From IMG/VR virus record IMGVR_UViG_3300001914_000007, positions 1-56,973 of that record: DNA of 56,973 bases. The stretch is one strand, 5' to 3'. Under the pieces are notes generated by a model. That model made no database searches. It saw only the letters and a program-made list of their open reading frames with translations, and was not told the DNA's origin. Positions within the stretch are counted from its first letter, which is position 1. Every line of letters starts with the position of its first letter. Origin of the DNA: a virus (lineage: Duplodnaviria; Caudoviricetes). Shown here in pieces: positions 1 to 8,787 of this stretch. The position numbers and the translations under genes are program-made.

Positions 1-161
1 TCAAAGCTGGCGGGTCTATCAAAGTTGGCGAGTCTATCAAAGCTGGCTGGTCTATCGAAGTTGGCGAGTCTATCGAAGCTGGCGAGTATATCAAAGCTGG
101 CTGGTCTATCAAAGCTGGCGAGTCTATCAAAGCTGGCGAGTCTATCGAAGCTGGCGAGTAT
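1..161 (+). repeat. 18-bp tandem repeat (continuation of 56724-56973)
   Basis: Unit ATC RAA GYT GGC (GAG/GGG/TGG) TMT encoding I-[EK]-[AV]-G-[EGW]-[SY]. Confidence 0.95.
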
Positions 162-440
162 GTTTTGTCTATAAAATTTGACATTTCATGCACAATCTTA
201 ATGACGAAAATTCTTCCGTTTTGGCGTAATTTTTGGGCTGAAATGAAGCCGCTCAAAAGGTGGAAAAACGAAATATTGGATAAATCAAATTGCTGGCCAA
301 ACTTGAGAAAACTTATATCAGAAGAGGATGCGAAAAAAATATGTGCATGGGATGGTTGGCATCCACATTTACGCTGGCATCTTGAAATGTTTTTAGGTCT
401 CAAGAAAAAAATTAAATTTGAAAATGGAAAAGAAATTTAA
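1..440 (+). CDS. C-terminal part of hexapeptide-repeat (beta-helix-like) protein spanning the circular junction (starts 56619; ~249 aa)
   Basis: Frame of ORF 165..440 is open back to position 1 and joins 56619..56928 in frame (310+440=750 nt). Confidence 0.8.
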   Translation, partial: KAGGSIKVGESIKAGWSIEVGESIEAGEYIKAGWSIKAGESIKAGESIEAGEYVLSIKFDISCTILMTKILPFWRNFWAEMKPLKRWKNEILDKSNCWPNLRKLISEEDAKKICAWDGWHPHLRWHLEMFLGLKKKIKFENGKEI

Positions 441-451
441 GGGGAATAATC

Positions 452-901
452 ATGGAAACTACAGCACAATACACGCCTTCGGAACCTCAGGCAATACTAC
501 GTATGGGCCAGCAACAGGCGCTCGAAAGATGGGCTTCATTCGTATCATCTGCGGAATCAATACTCAAAACTCCGGGCATGAACATAGACAAGCTCCTTGC
601 CGGATTGCGGAAAGCTATCCAGTTCGGGAGCCTTGAGGCCAGCTTGCCGGATTCACTGATCGAGGAAGAGCTGCGGAAGCTCGTTCCCTTTACACTCCGC
701 GATTTTCACGGCATGTGCATGGACAACGCAAACTGGACAATGCCGGAAAACAGCAAGGCAAGTGACGGCCCTATCGGATTCAGGGCCGAGCGACTTCAGA
801 AAATAGCGTATGCAAACGGCAAGGCTTACATCGACATGTACGAAGCTTTCTGCGCGGCGCGTGTCTTCAACAGACCGACACCGGAATGCCCTGCTGAATA
901 A
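452..901 (+). CDS. Hypothetical protein
   Basis: 149-aa ORF, AGGGG RBS, co-oriented in operon. Confidence 0.7.
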   Translation: METTAQYTPSEPQAILRMGQQQALERWASFVSSAESILKTPGMNIDKLLAGLRKAIQFGSLEASLPDSLIEEELRKLVPFTLRDFHGMCMDNANWTMPENSKASDGPIGFRAERLQKIAYANGKAYIDMYEAFCAARVFNRPTPECPAE

Positions 902-907
902 CCAATT

Positions 908-949
908 TATCCCCCCAGGATAGAGAAGGGCAACTCTAATAAATGCCTT
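908..949 (+). ncRNA. Candidate hairpin plus H-type pseudoknot RNA element (copy 1)
   Basis: TATCC-CCCCA-GGATA hairpin; GAG-AAGGGCAA-CTC stem-loop; TAATAAA linker; TGCCTT pairs with loop AGGGCA; same layout at 6367-6407. Confidence 0.5.
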
Positions 950-956
950 GCTCATT

Positions 957-989
957 GTTCCCTCTTGGATTAATAACCCAAGAGGGGAC
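957..989 (+). other. 12-bp intergenic hairpin (terminator or processing-site candidate)
   Basis: GTTCCCTCTTGG/CCAAGAGGGGAC with 9-nt loop; no clear U-tract. Confidence 0.55.
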
Positions 990-1021
990 GCTTACCCAAA
1001 AAATTAAACCAAAAAAGGAAT

Positions 1022-2020
1022 ATGAAAATGGAAAACGGACTTGTAAAGACATCAAACTTCTTGCAGGAACAGGAAAACTCAGCGGTAGAAAACGGCGTAA
1101 CCATGCAGAGAATGCAGACAAAATACGCAACGGCAGTATCAGTACAAAAGCCTCGTAATCTCGACAAGATAGTTGAAAAGGTCAAAATAGAAGCCGAATT
1201 TGCCGGAGAGACTTTTTTCTACGCATGGGGAGAGGGCAAAGACCACATAGAAGGAAATTCGGTAGCCCTTGCCTTAACAGTTGTTCGAGAATGGGGTAAT
1301 TGCGCCCTTGAGACCGAGGTAAAAGAAGAGAAAGACAGCTATATATTCTCTGCGCATTTCGTTGACCTTGAAACTGGATTCACTCTTTCTCGCAGCTTTC
1401 GGCAGTCAAAAAACTCGAAAGTTTACGGAAAGCTTGATGATGTACGCAAGGATGATATAAGATTTCAGATTGGGCAATCCAAGTCCATTCGTAATGTAAT
1501 AAATAACGTAATGCCTCGCTGGCTGATGGACGACGCCCGTGAAATAGCAAAAAAATCTGTCGAAAATAATATTACCAAAGATGGCATTGCTATTGCCATA
1601 GAAAAAGCAATCTCGGCGCTGAACAGTTATGGGGTTTCCGAAGACCGCATATTGGCAAAACTTGAGAAGTCAAAAAATCAGCTCGTCATGGCTGATATTG
1701 TTGATTTGCGCACAGCATATGCGGCAATAAAGAACGGCGAAGCTACGGCAGAAACTATTTTCCCAAAAGGTGAAGAATCTGAAACTGCTCCAAGTGCCGG
1801 AACTGCGAAGTTTGCGCCAGCGGTCAAGCCGGATCTGAACAAGCCGAATACTCCGGCAAAAACCTTCGAAGAGTATTTTTCCGACAAGCCGATAACGGCG
1901 GCGGAAATGCGCGAGTATATCGCGTACAAGAATGACCCGAAAATCAACGAAGAAACTACCAGAAACATCGATGCAATCAATCATTGCATGGACTGGATAG
2001 ATGCGAGGAACAACAAATGA
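1022..2020 (+). CDS. Putative single-strand annealing/recombination protein
   Basis: 332 aa; FFYAW..IEGxSVxLA..REWGN motif typical of a phage recombination-module family; lies upstream of exonuclease. Confidence 0.55.
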   Translation: MKMENGLVKTSNFLQEQENSAVENGVTMQRMQTKYATAVSVQKPRNLDKIVEKVKIEAEFAGETFFYAWGEGKDHIEGNSVALALTVVREWGNCALETEVKEEKDSYIFSAHFVDLETGFTLSRSFRQSKNSKVYGKLDDVRKDDIRFQIGQSKSIRNVINNVMPRWLMDDAREIAKKSVENNITKDGIAIAIEKAISALNSYGVSEDRILAKLEKSKNQLVMADIVDLRTAYAAIKNGEATAETIFPKGEESETAPSAGTAKFAPAVKPDLNKPNTPAKTFEEYFSDKPITAAEMREYIAYKNDPKINEETTRNIDAINHCMDWIDARNNK

Positions 2021-2358
2021 AATACGAATGCGTAAAATGCTGGCTCAGCCACAATACGATAGCTGACGATATTCATGTCTGCCGATTTGAGGACACAATA
2101 AATGCGTGCACATATGCTCCCAATAAATGTCCCCGTGGCATACCAGAGCCTGATTGGCATCCGTTTTATACTCCCAAAGAGGAAATGCTGGAGACATGGA
2201 AGGTTTTTGTTGATTACTGTGGAGGACATGAAGATATTGCCAAAACTCTGGCAACTCATGACGTATATAAGCACGATTGGACAGAAAGCACCAGTCAGGC
2301 TTTTGAGCGATACAAAGAAGCTGAGGCCAAATACAATAAATCAAAGGACTGGAAATGA
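2017..2358 (+). CDS. Hypothetical Cys-rich protein
   Basis: ATGA overlaps at both ends; CxxC motif. Confidence 0.65.
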   Translation: MKYECVKCWLSHNTIADDIHVCRFEDTINACTYAPNKCPRGIPEPDWHPFYTPKEEMLETWKVFVDYCGGHEDIAKTLATHDVYKHDWTESTSQAFERYKEAEAKYNKSKDWK

Positions 2359-3140
2359 AACTCACAGACGCAAACTATTTTTCAGCGGAAGCAGACAAGG
2401 AATTTATGTCCGTGTCGCAGTTCAAGCGCTGGCAGGAATGCCCGGCGGCGGCAAAGGCTCAGTATGTTGATGGGACATACAAGCCTGAAACAAGTGATGC
2501 AATGCTTTTAGGGTCATATTTTCACGGCCTTTTCGATGGGACAGCGGAAAGTTTTCTTGTTCAGACACCCGAACTTATGACTGCAAAATGTCAAAAGATT
2601 GCCGCAGTAAAACAGCTCGATGAAATATTCGAGCGAGTAAGTCGGGACGAGTTCTTCATGAATGCCTGCACGGGACAGCATGAAGAGATTTACACGGCTG
2701 AACTCTTCGGGACGATATGGAAATGCAAGGTTGACGTTGTTGACTTTGACAAGGGATTTTTCACGGACATTAAAACCGTCAAGGATTTTTCCCTTGTGTG
2801 GGACAACGAGAAAAGGGCAAAGCTTGAGTTTTATCAAGCGTCAAAATACGACCTTCAGCTTGCCGTTTATCAGGCAATTATTAAGGCCGCTGCCGGGTAT
2901 GAGCTTGAACCATTCATAGCCGCGATAACGAAAGAAAAAGTTCCCGATTACGCGGTGTTCGAGTTCACAAGCTTTGAAATGAAAGAGCATTTCGAATCGC
3001 TGTTAAACAATGTAGGCCGCAGATGTTCTGAAATTAAAGACATGAAGCAAGGAGCTTCTCCTACATGGAGCTGTGGAGTTTGCGAATACTGCAAAAAAAC
3101 AAAGAAATTAACCAAAACTATAGAAGCGAGGATTGTTTAA
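2355..3140 (+). CDS. PD-(D/E)XK exonuclease (RecE/ExoVIII-like, DUF3799 type)
   Basis: MSVSQFK, GSYFH, KCKVD..DIKT, YDLQLAVY and C-terminal CGVCEYC motifs. Confidence 0.85.
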   Translation: MKLTDANYFSAEADKEFMSVSQFKRWQECPAAAKAQYVDGTYKPETSDAMLLGSYFHGLFDGTAESFLVQTPELMTAKCQKIAAVKQLDEIFERVSRDEFFMNACTGQHEEIYTAELFGTIWKCKVDVVDFDKGFFTDIKTVKDFSLVWDNEKRAKLEFYQASKYDLQLAVYQAIIKAAAGYELEPFIAAITKEKVPDYAVFEFTSFEMKEHFESLLNNVGRRCSEIKDMKQGASPTWSCGVCEYCKKTKKLTKTIEARIV

Positions 3141-3323
3141 AATGGAAACCAAAGACCATGAAGAAGAAGGATATCCCAATGTACCCGTTCTCCCATATAA
3201 TCCAAAAGAGCCGATAGACCTTAGTAGTTTCAATTTTCCATCCAATGTTCTTTCGTTCTGGGAAAGGGTTTCACATTTTTACAACAATAAATCATCTAAA
3301 AAAGACAATAGAAAGGTAATATA

Positions 3324-4085
3324 ATGAACTGCAATGTAACGATAAGTAACGAAGTCGCAGAAGTTTTGAAAGCCGCAGAAATTAAAGACAATGTACTCTT
3401 TTTAAAGGGGCAACTTTCAAGGGATTTGTATACAAAAACTAATAAAGTTCTTGAATTGCTCAGCGGCAAATGGAACAAAAAAATTCAGGGACATGTATTC
3501 AACAGCAGTCCGGCAGAGATTATTAAAAACTCTCTTGGCGCTGGTAAAATCGAAAACAAGAAAAAGAAGTTTCAACTTTTTGAAACACCTACTGAAATAG
3601 TTGAAAAACTTATTGATTCGCTTTGCGGCATAGACTCTACCGACATTGTGCTTGAGCCATCGGCGGGAACTGGCAGGATAGCTGATGCTATTGCGAAAAG
3701 ACTCAATCATTCATCACAGATACATTGTTGCGAGATTCAGGATGAGTTATCGGAACAACTTGAGCAAAAGGGTTATACTCTCGTCAAGACTGATTTTCTT
3801 ACGTATTTCCCCGAGCCAAAATATGGGATAATCCTGATGAATCCGCCGTTTGCGGACGGGCAGGATGTAGACCATGTCATGCACGCCTATAATAATTGCC
3901 TTGGAAGGGGCGGACAATTGGCGGCCATAATGTCTCCATCTTTTCAATTCAACAGCAAAAAGAAATTTTCACAGTTCAGAAAATTTATTGATGATGTAGG
4001 TGCATACGTTACAGAGCTTCCCGAAGGGGCATTTAAGGAATCGGGCACGGGTACAAAAACCGTCATGGTAAATCTTTCAAAGTAA
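3324..4085 (+). CDS. SAM-dependent amino-DNA methyltransferase
   Basis: FETP, LEPSAGTG (motif I), MNPPF (motif IV), LPEGAFKESGT. Confidence 0.85.
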   Translation: MNCNVTISNEVAEVLKAAEIKDNVLFLKGQLSRDLYTKTNKVLELLSGKWNKKIQGHVFNSSPAEIIKNSLGAGKIENKKKKFQLFETPTEIVEKLIDSLCGIDSTDIVLEPSAGTGRIADAIAKRLNHSSQIHCCEIQDELSEQLEQKGYTLVKTDFLTYFPEPKYGIILMNPPFADGQDVDHVMHAYNNCLGRGGQLAAIMSPSFQFNSKKKFSQFRKFIDDVGAYVTELPEGAFKESGTGTKTVMVNLSK

Positions 4086-4106
4086 ATCAAAAGAGGACAA
4101 TAAAAA

Positions 4107-5099
4107 ATGAACGACCTGATTAAAATGGATAACTTCGATATCGAACCCTCAAAGGCCGAACAGATACGCGCTGTGTTCGTTCCAATGGCGGACATGCTGG
4201 AAAAGTTTGAAGGACAGTTCAACGAGGTTGTTGCTCTTGTTCCTTCAAAAGAAACCAGTGCACGGGCAAAGAGATTGCGCCTTGATATCGCAAAAGTGCG
4301 GATCGCTACGGAAAAGGCCAGAGTTGCGCAAAAAGAAGAATATCTTCAAGCCGGAAAAGCCATTGATGGAGTTGCAAATATCCTCAAGTTTGCAGTCGGC
4401 AAAAAGGAAACAAAGCTCCAGGAGATAGAAACACATTTCGAGCGTATGGAAGCCGCAAGAATCGAAAAACTCGGACAGGACAGGACGGAAGAACTTGCGC
4501 AGTACGAATGCTACAACGTAGCGCGTCTTGGCGAAATGACCGATGACGTTTATGCCAATTTCCTTATCGGCGCACGGGTAAACTTCGAAACGCGCAAAGA
4601 AGCCGAACGCAAGGCCGAAGAGGAAAGGCTTGCCAAGGAAGCCGCCGAACTCGCAGAAAGAAAACGGATCTGGCGCGAAAATGAAGAACTCAAAAAACAG
4701 GCCGCAGAAAAAGAGGCCGCGTTGAAGGAAGAACGCTTGCTTGCTGAAATCGAAAGAAAGAAGCAGGAAGCCGCTCTCGCACTTGCCAAAGCTCAGGCCG
4801 ATGCAGAACGCAAAGCCTCCGAAGAAGCCAATCGCGTTGAACGGGAAAAACTCGAAGCTGAATTGAAGGTCAAGCAGGAAGCGGAAGCAAAAGAAAAAGC
4901 CCGTATTGCAAAGGAAGAAAAGAAAGCCAAAGCCGCACCGGACAAGGATAAGCTCACAAAACTTGCGGCTGCAATTGATGCCATTGAACTTCCGGCAGTT
5001 GCCAGTGAAGAAGCGCAAAAGACACTCAGGGAAGTTCAGACTTTGCTTGCCAAGGTATCGGTATTTATCAAACAGCGCAACGAACAGCTTGGAGTATAA
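4107..5099 (+). CDS. Coiled-coil phage protein
   Basis: 330 aa, long E/K/A/R-rich helical region. Confidence 0.75.
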   Translation: MNDLIKMDNFDIEPSKAEQIRAVFVPMADMLEKFEGQFNEVVALVPSKETSARAKRLRLDIAKVRIATEKARVAQKEEYLQAGKAIDGVANILKFAVGKKETKLQEIETHFERMEAARIEKLGQDRTEELAQYECYNVARLGEMTDDVYANFLIGARVNFETRKEAERKAEEERLAKEAAELAERKRIWRENEELKKQAAEKEAALKEERLLAEIERKKQEAALALAKAQADAERKASEEANRVEREKLEAELKVKQEAEAKEKARIAKEEKKAKAAPDKDKLTKLAAAIDAIELPAVASEEAQKTLREVQTLLAKVSVFIKQRNEQLGV

Positions 5100-5101
5100 T
5101 C

Positions 5102-5464
5102 ATGGCGATGAGAAAATATGCGGACATTGCTTCCATATCGGGAAAATACACCAATAAAGACGGCGAAGAAAAAAACAAATACATTAACCACGGCTTTATA
5201 TTGGAAGATGATGTAAGTGGTAAATTTTCTATTAAAATGGAAAGTATACCCCTTGCCAAAATTGGCAAAGACGGGTTCCCTGCAATATGGCTATCGGTTT
5301 TTCCTGTAGATAATGAAAACGATTCATCTCGGGTAAACACAAGAGCCAGACTTCCCCGAAAAGAGCAAGGCCGCTTTGATAAAAACGACAATCCGCCGCC
5401 GATGCCGCCAGCGGACGCGGCTCAGGCTCCCGATGATAACAACGATGACGATATACCATTTTAA
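5102..5464 (+). CDS. Single-stranded DNA-binding-like protein
   Basis: GKYTNKDGEEK N-terminal strand and acidic DDDIPF C-terminal tip. Confidence 0.65.
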   Translation: MAMRKYADIASISGKYTNKDGEEKNKYINHGFILEDDVSGKFSIKMESIPLAKIGKDGFPAIWLSVFPVDNENDSSRVNTRARLPRKEQGRFDKNDNPPPMPPADAAQAPDDNNDDDIPF

Positions 5465-5488
5465 CCAATAAAAAAAGGAAAAAATATC

Positions 5489-5731
5489 ATGAAAGAAAAA
5501 AGCAAATTGCAAAAGCTTGACATTGAAGTTTCTGTTTGCGAAAGTTCAATAGAAGTTCTTAAAACACGCCCCGACTTAGCTATAGGAGTTCCTTCTTGTT
5601 TCTGTAATTTTTCAGCCATTTCTACCAGAAGCAAGCTATACGATGATTTAATTTCCTATATGATTTCCGACAACGAAACAAGGCTCCTCGACGCAAGAAA
5701 AAAACTCAAAGAATATATCGAAACACTCTAA
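5489..5731 (+). CDS. Hypothetical protein
   Basis: 80-aa ORF with AAGGA RBS. Confidence 0.6.
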   Translation: MKEKSKLQKLDIEVSVCESSIEVLKTRPDLAIGVPSCFCNFSAISTRSKLYDDLISYMISDNETRLLDARKKLKEYIETL

Positions 5732-5748
5732 CAAAAAAGGAAACGAAA

Positions 5749-6366
5749 ATGCTTATCAACAAACAGCAAATAAAATGTCACGTAGCAAGTAAGGATGAAA
5801 CGCGCAAGGAAATTTGTGGAATATGTTTCCGAAAAGAGGGCGCAGTTTCCACAAACGGAAGATGCCTTCTTGTTGTTCCCTATCCCGAAATAGATTCCGA
5901 TGATTTTTTTGAAATTCCAGAAGCCAAAATAGACAATGAATTTAAGCTTGGCGAAAACGAAGAAATCATAATATCCCAAGATGACGCAAAGCAGCTCGAA
6001 AAGAACTTTTTCAAGCCCGGCGAACTGCCTATTATTCCACTTGGCGCAATCGGCAGAGTCGATGACGAAAAAGCACAGGTTGCAATGTCTAATATTTCCT
6101 TTAACAAGGTATTTACCTTCAAGCCCATTGAAGGAGAATACCCGGACTATCAAAAGGTTATGCCCCAGAGCAAGCCTCAGTATACCCTAAGTTTTGACAT
6201 AACCTCATTTTCAGAAATGCTTAAAATTGCGGCTGAAGCTCTTGGTGAAAATGATTCAAAAGTCGTTGAATTTGAATTTCGCGGTGCGGCCTCGCCCGTT
6301 GTGCTAAAAGGAGCAAGAGGTCTTTATGGCCTTGCAATGCCAGTCCGAAAAGAAGACAAAGAATAA
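5749..6366 (+). CDS. DNA polymerase III beta-clamp-like protein (partial clamp)
   Basis: ASKDETR..ICG, VSTNGRCL, IEGEYPDYQKVMP and GLAMPVR match DnaN domain 2-3 motifs. Confidence 0.7.
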   Translation: MLINKQQIKCHVASKDETRKEICGICFRKEGAVSTNGRCLLVVPYPEIDSDDFFEIPEAKIDNEFKLGENEEIIISQDDAKQLEKNFFKPGELPIIPLGAIGRVDDEKAQVAMSNISFNKVFTFKPIEGEYPDYQKVMPQSKPQYTLSFDITSFSEMLKIAAEALGENDSKVVEFEFRGAASPVVLKGARGLYGLAMPVRKEDKE

Positions 6367-6407
6367 TCCGTTCCCCCGGAAGTCCTGAGCATGACGGTAA
6401 AAGGCTC
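6367..6407 (+). ncRNA. Candidate hairpin plus H-type pseudoknot RNA element (copy 2)
   Basis: TCCG-TTCCCC-CGGA hairpin; GTC-CTGAGCAT-GAC stem-loop; GGTAAAAG linker; GCTC pairs with loop GAGC. Confidence 0.55.
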
Positions 6408-6425
6408 GTTGAAAGGAACAATAAA

Positions 6426-6839
6426 ATGATTACAAAAGAAGAACTTGCAACGACACTTAACGGGCGCGAATATGGAGACGAAATTACCAAAGGCGAGGAG
6501 ATTCTTGCAAAACAAAGCGGACTTGTCGTTATGTTCGGATACTCAGATGACAATGTCGAGCTTCGCGGCGCAATTGATGACGAGATCGGCGCTTATGACG
6601 GCACAATAATATCGTTCCTGAATGGTGAGATTCTGCAAAACGAATGCGGCGAAGAAGAATGTCCGTATTTTCAAAAGCTCAAGGAAAACCCTGCCGTAAA
6701 AACAGTAGAAGCTATTTGGGACAATGGAGAATATGACTGGACATTCAAAACCGATATTCCTCATGCGACTTTCGAGGTGGTTGAAGATGGTGAAAAGTCC
6801 TGCCGTGGAATTGTGTTTGATGTTGCCTCAATAAAGTAA
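6426..6839 (+). CDS. Hypothetical acidic phage protein
   Basis: 137 aa; LNGREY, FGYSDD, IPHATFE motifs; RBS present. Confidence 0.75.
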   Translation: MITKEELATTLNGREYGDEITKGEEILAKQSGLVVMFGYSDDNVELRGAIDDEIGAYDGTIISFLNGEILQNECGEEECPYFQKLKENPAVKTVEAIWDNGEYDWTFKTDIPHATFEVVEDGEKSCRGIVFDVASIK

Positions 6840-6894
6840 AACAAGAAAACGCATAATTTACTTTATGCAATGAAAGTAAAATAAGGAACAAAAA

Positions 6895-7137
6895 ATGTCA
6901 AAACTCGACGTATGGAAATCAGAAAGAAAAACAGCCTGCCAGAATCTCAAAAAGATGAACTACAGAAAGGCTGGCGGTAGCTCTAATTACTCAAACTGCA
7001 AGCATAGCGTTTTGCAAAAAGTGATTCCGCATTTGGTATGCCGTCCCGTGTCAGAATCAACGGCATTCCCTGAAATGGTTTCGCGCAAAAAGGTATGCGA
7101 TTACCACACCGATTTCATACCAGCAAAAACAAAATAA
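6895..7137 (+). CDS. Hypothetical protein
   Basis: 80-aa ORF with AAGGA RBS. Confidence 0.55.
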   Translation: MSKLDVWKSERKTACQNLKKMNYRKAGGSSNYSNCKHSVLQKVIPHLVCRPVSESTAFPEMVSRKKVCDYHTDFIPAKTK

Positions 7138-7157
7138 TCAAACACAGGGGAACGAAA

Positions 7158-7691
7158 ATGTATTTTAAAACTACCAATAAGGCGGTATTGGAAGAGGCAA
7201 AAACCCTTTCTGCTGCTATCAAATTGCGCTTTAAGACACTGCTTCAAATAGGCAAAGAATTAGACGGCGAGATAAGGGTTTACTCTGGGGTAAGCTATCA
7301 CGGAGACGTGCATGGCTTTTCGGGAATTCGATTCAATAAATTGCCGGTTCTCGATGGCTGGACAAAGCCCAACAATGATAAGATTTCATTTCCATTTAAG
7401 AAAAATACCGAGATGTGGAATAAGCTCGACGCGAATAGGCCTTCATGCGTAAATCTAATGAATCTTTTGAACTTTCCAGACGGCGGTGTTACTAGGGATG
7501 TATTTGACTGGAAAACTCCTAACCGCCTCCTTTCGCTCAACTACCAACTAGTAGAAAACAACACCGCTCTGATATTTGAATTCCCGGACGTATATCTTTC
7601 CGATTCTGAGCCTGTATGGACTCCGCCAGAACACGCAGTAGAAATACTTACATCTGAATATCTCAGACTTAAAAAAGAGAAAGGCATATAA
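7158..7691 (+). CDS. Hypothetical protein
   Basis: Start re-called at ATG 7158 after AGGGGA; stop overlaps next start. Confidence 0.7.
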   Translation: MYFKTTNKAVLEEAKTLSAAIKLRFKTLLQIGKELDGEIRVYSGVSYHGDVHGFSGIRFNKLPVLDGWTKPNNDKISFPFKKNTEMWNKLDANRPSCVNLMNLLNFPDGGVTRDVFDWKTPNRLLSLNYQLVENNTALIFEFPDVYLSDSEPVWTPPEHAVEILTSEYLRLKKEKGI

Positions 7692-8122
7692 TGATTTATA
7701 TCGCAATAGACCCGGGCAAGTCCGGCGCAGTCGCAGTCGCAGTTAACGGGAACATTGAAGCCGTTGACAAATGCCCTGACACGGTAGCAGACATGGCAAA
7801 TCTCATGCGCAACCACAAGACAAATTTCCCTGATGCAAAGGTTGTTATCGAGAAGGTTCACGCAATGCCCGGACAGGGCGTTACAAGCATGTTCACGTTC
7901 GGGCAGAATCTCGGACAGTGGGAAGGGATTCTTGCAAGCCTCAATATGCCGTGCCTCGCAATCTCTCCCCAGAAATGGCAAAAGATGATTGGAACAATGG
8001 CAAAGGAAAAGGCCGACCGCAAGAGGCAAATAAAGGACTGGGCTCAGAAGATGACCGGCTTGCCGATTACGCTCTATGCCGCCGATGCCGTAGCAATGGC
8101 GCTGCTTGCGCCGAAGATGTAA
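7691..8122 (+). CDS. RuvC-like Holliday junction resolvase
   Basis: IAIDPGKSG, IEKVHAMPGQGVTSMFTFG, PQKWQK, ADA motifs. Confidence 0.85.
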   Translation: MIYIAIDPGKSGAVAVAVNGNIEAVDKCPDTVADMANLMRNHKTNFPDAKVVIEKVHAMPGQGVTSMFTFGQNLGQWEGILASLNMPCLAISPQKWQKMIGTMAKEKADRKRQIKDWAQKMTGLPITLYAADAVAMALLAPKM

Positions 8123-8138
8123 GGAAAGGAATCAAGTC

Positions 8139-8675
8139 ATGAGTAAGTTTAAAGTGGGGGACAGAGTTGTTCCAAGGTCAAAATCTTATGGATGCTCCTT
8201 AGAAGAATGTGGCGCATGGAAAGAGGCAGATAAAAGGGGACAGCCGTATTTAACTGTATGCCTCATAAGTGAAAAAAAGCTTCTATACTGCGGGCTAAAT
8301 AATGGCGAACATTTTGACCCAACATCGGGCATTTTCCTCGAATCGGATTTAATCCTTTATGAAGAAGTTTCAAAGGCCGTGGAAAAGCCTCCAGTATATT
8401 ACACACTGCCAAAGCCAAAGGAAATTCCGGCTATTATAGATTTGAGATGGACAGGGGTGCACGAATACGACCCACTTAGATTCACTCCCTACGAGTCGGA
8501 ATATCCAATTCAGCCAGACTACAAGGGCTTCTATGAGTTTATAATGGCAAATGATTGCGATACTTGTGCAAAATGCCCATGCTTTGGAGAATTCTGCAAG
8601 AGAAACAGCGGAGTAACCTGTTCTGCAAATTTAGCCGCCTACGCCGAAAACAAGTTTATAAAGGGCGGGAAGTAA
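8139..8675 (+). CDS. Hypothetical protein
   Basis: MSKFKVGDRV start; Cys-rich C-terminus. Confidence 0.7.
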   Translation: MSKFKVGDRVVPRSKSYGCSLEECGAWKEADKRGQPYLTVCLISEKKLLYCGLNNGEHFDPTSGIFLESDLILYEEVSKAVEKPPVYYTLPKPKEIPAIIDLRWTGVHEYDPLRFTPYESEYPIQPDYKGFYEFIMANDCDTCAKCPCFGEFCKRNSGVTCSANLAAYAENKFIKGGK

Positions 8676-8676
8676 A

Positions 8677-8786
8677 ATGGGGAAAACTAAAATTGATTGG
8701 TCGTCTATTTCAGAAAATCAAAAATTGAACATCTTCCATTGCTCGATGGCGAAAGATGGAATCAAATGCCGAAAGGTTTAGAATAA
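8677..8786 (+). pseudogene. Internally deleted DUF5131 (phage Gp37/Gp68) gene remnant
   Basis: N-terminus MGKTKIDW joined out of frame to C-terminus LPLLDGERWNQMPKGLE*; both resemble the typical termini of this family. Confidence 0.7.
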
Positions 8787-8787
8787 A

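Noticed and set aside
1-45. Biological direct terminal repeat
   Set aside because: Lies inside a coding tandem repeat; most simply an assembly overlap of a circular contig
4245-5018. 257-aa Phe-rich minus-strand ORF
   Set aside because: Shadow of the E/K-rich coiled-coil gene
6852-6880. Third copy of the pseudoknot element
   Set aside because: AT-rich alternative hairpins lacking the GRGCA loop and the C-loop hairpin
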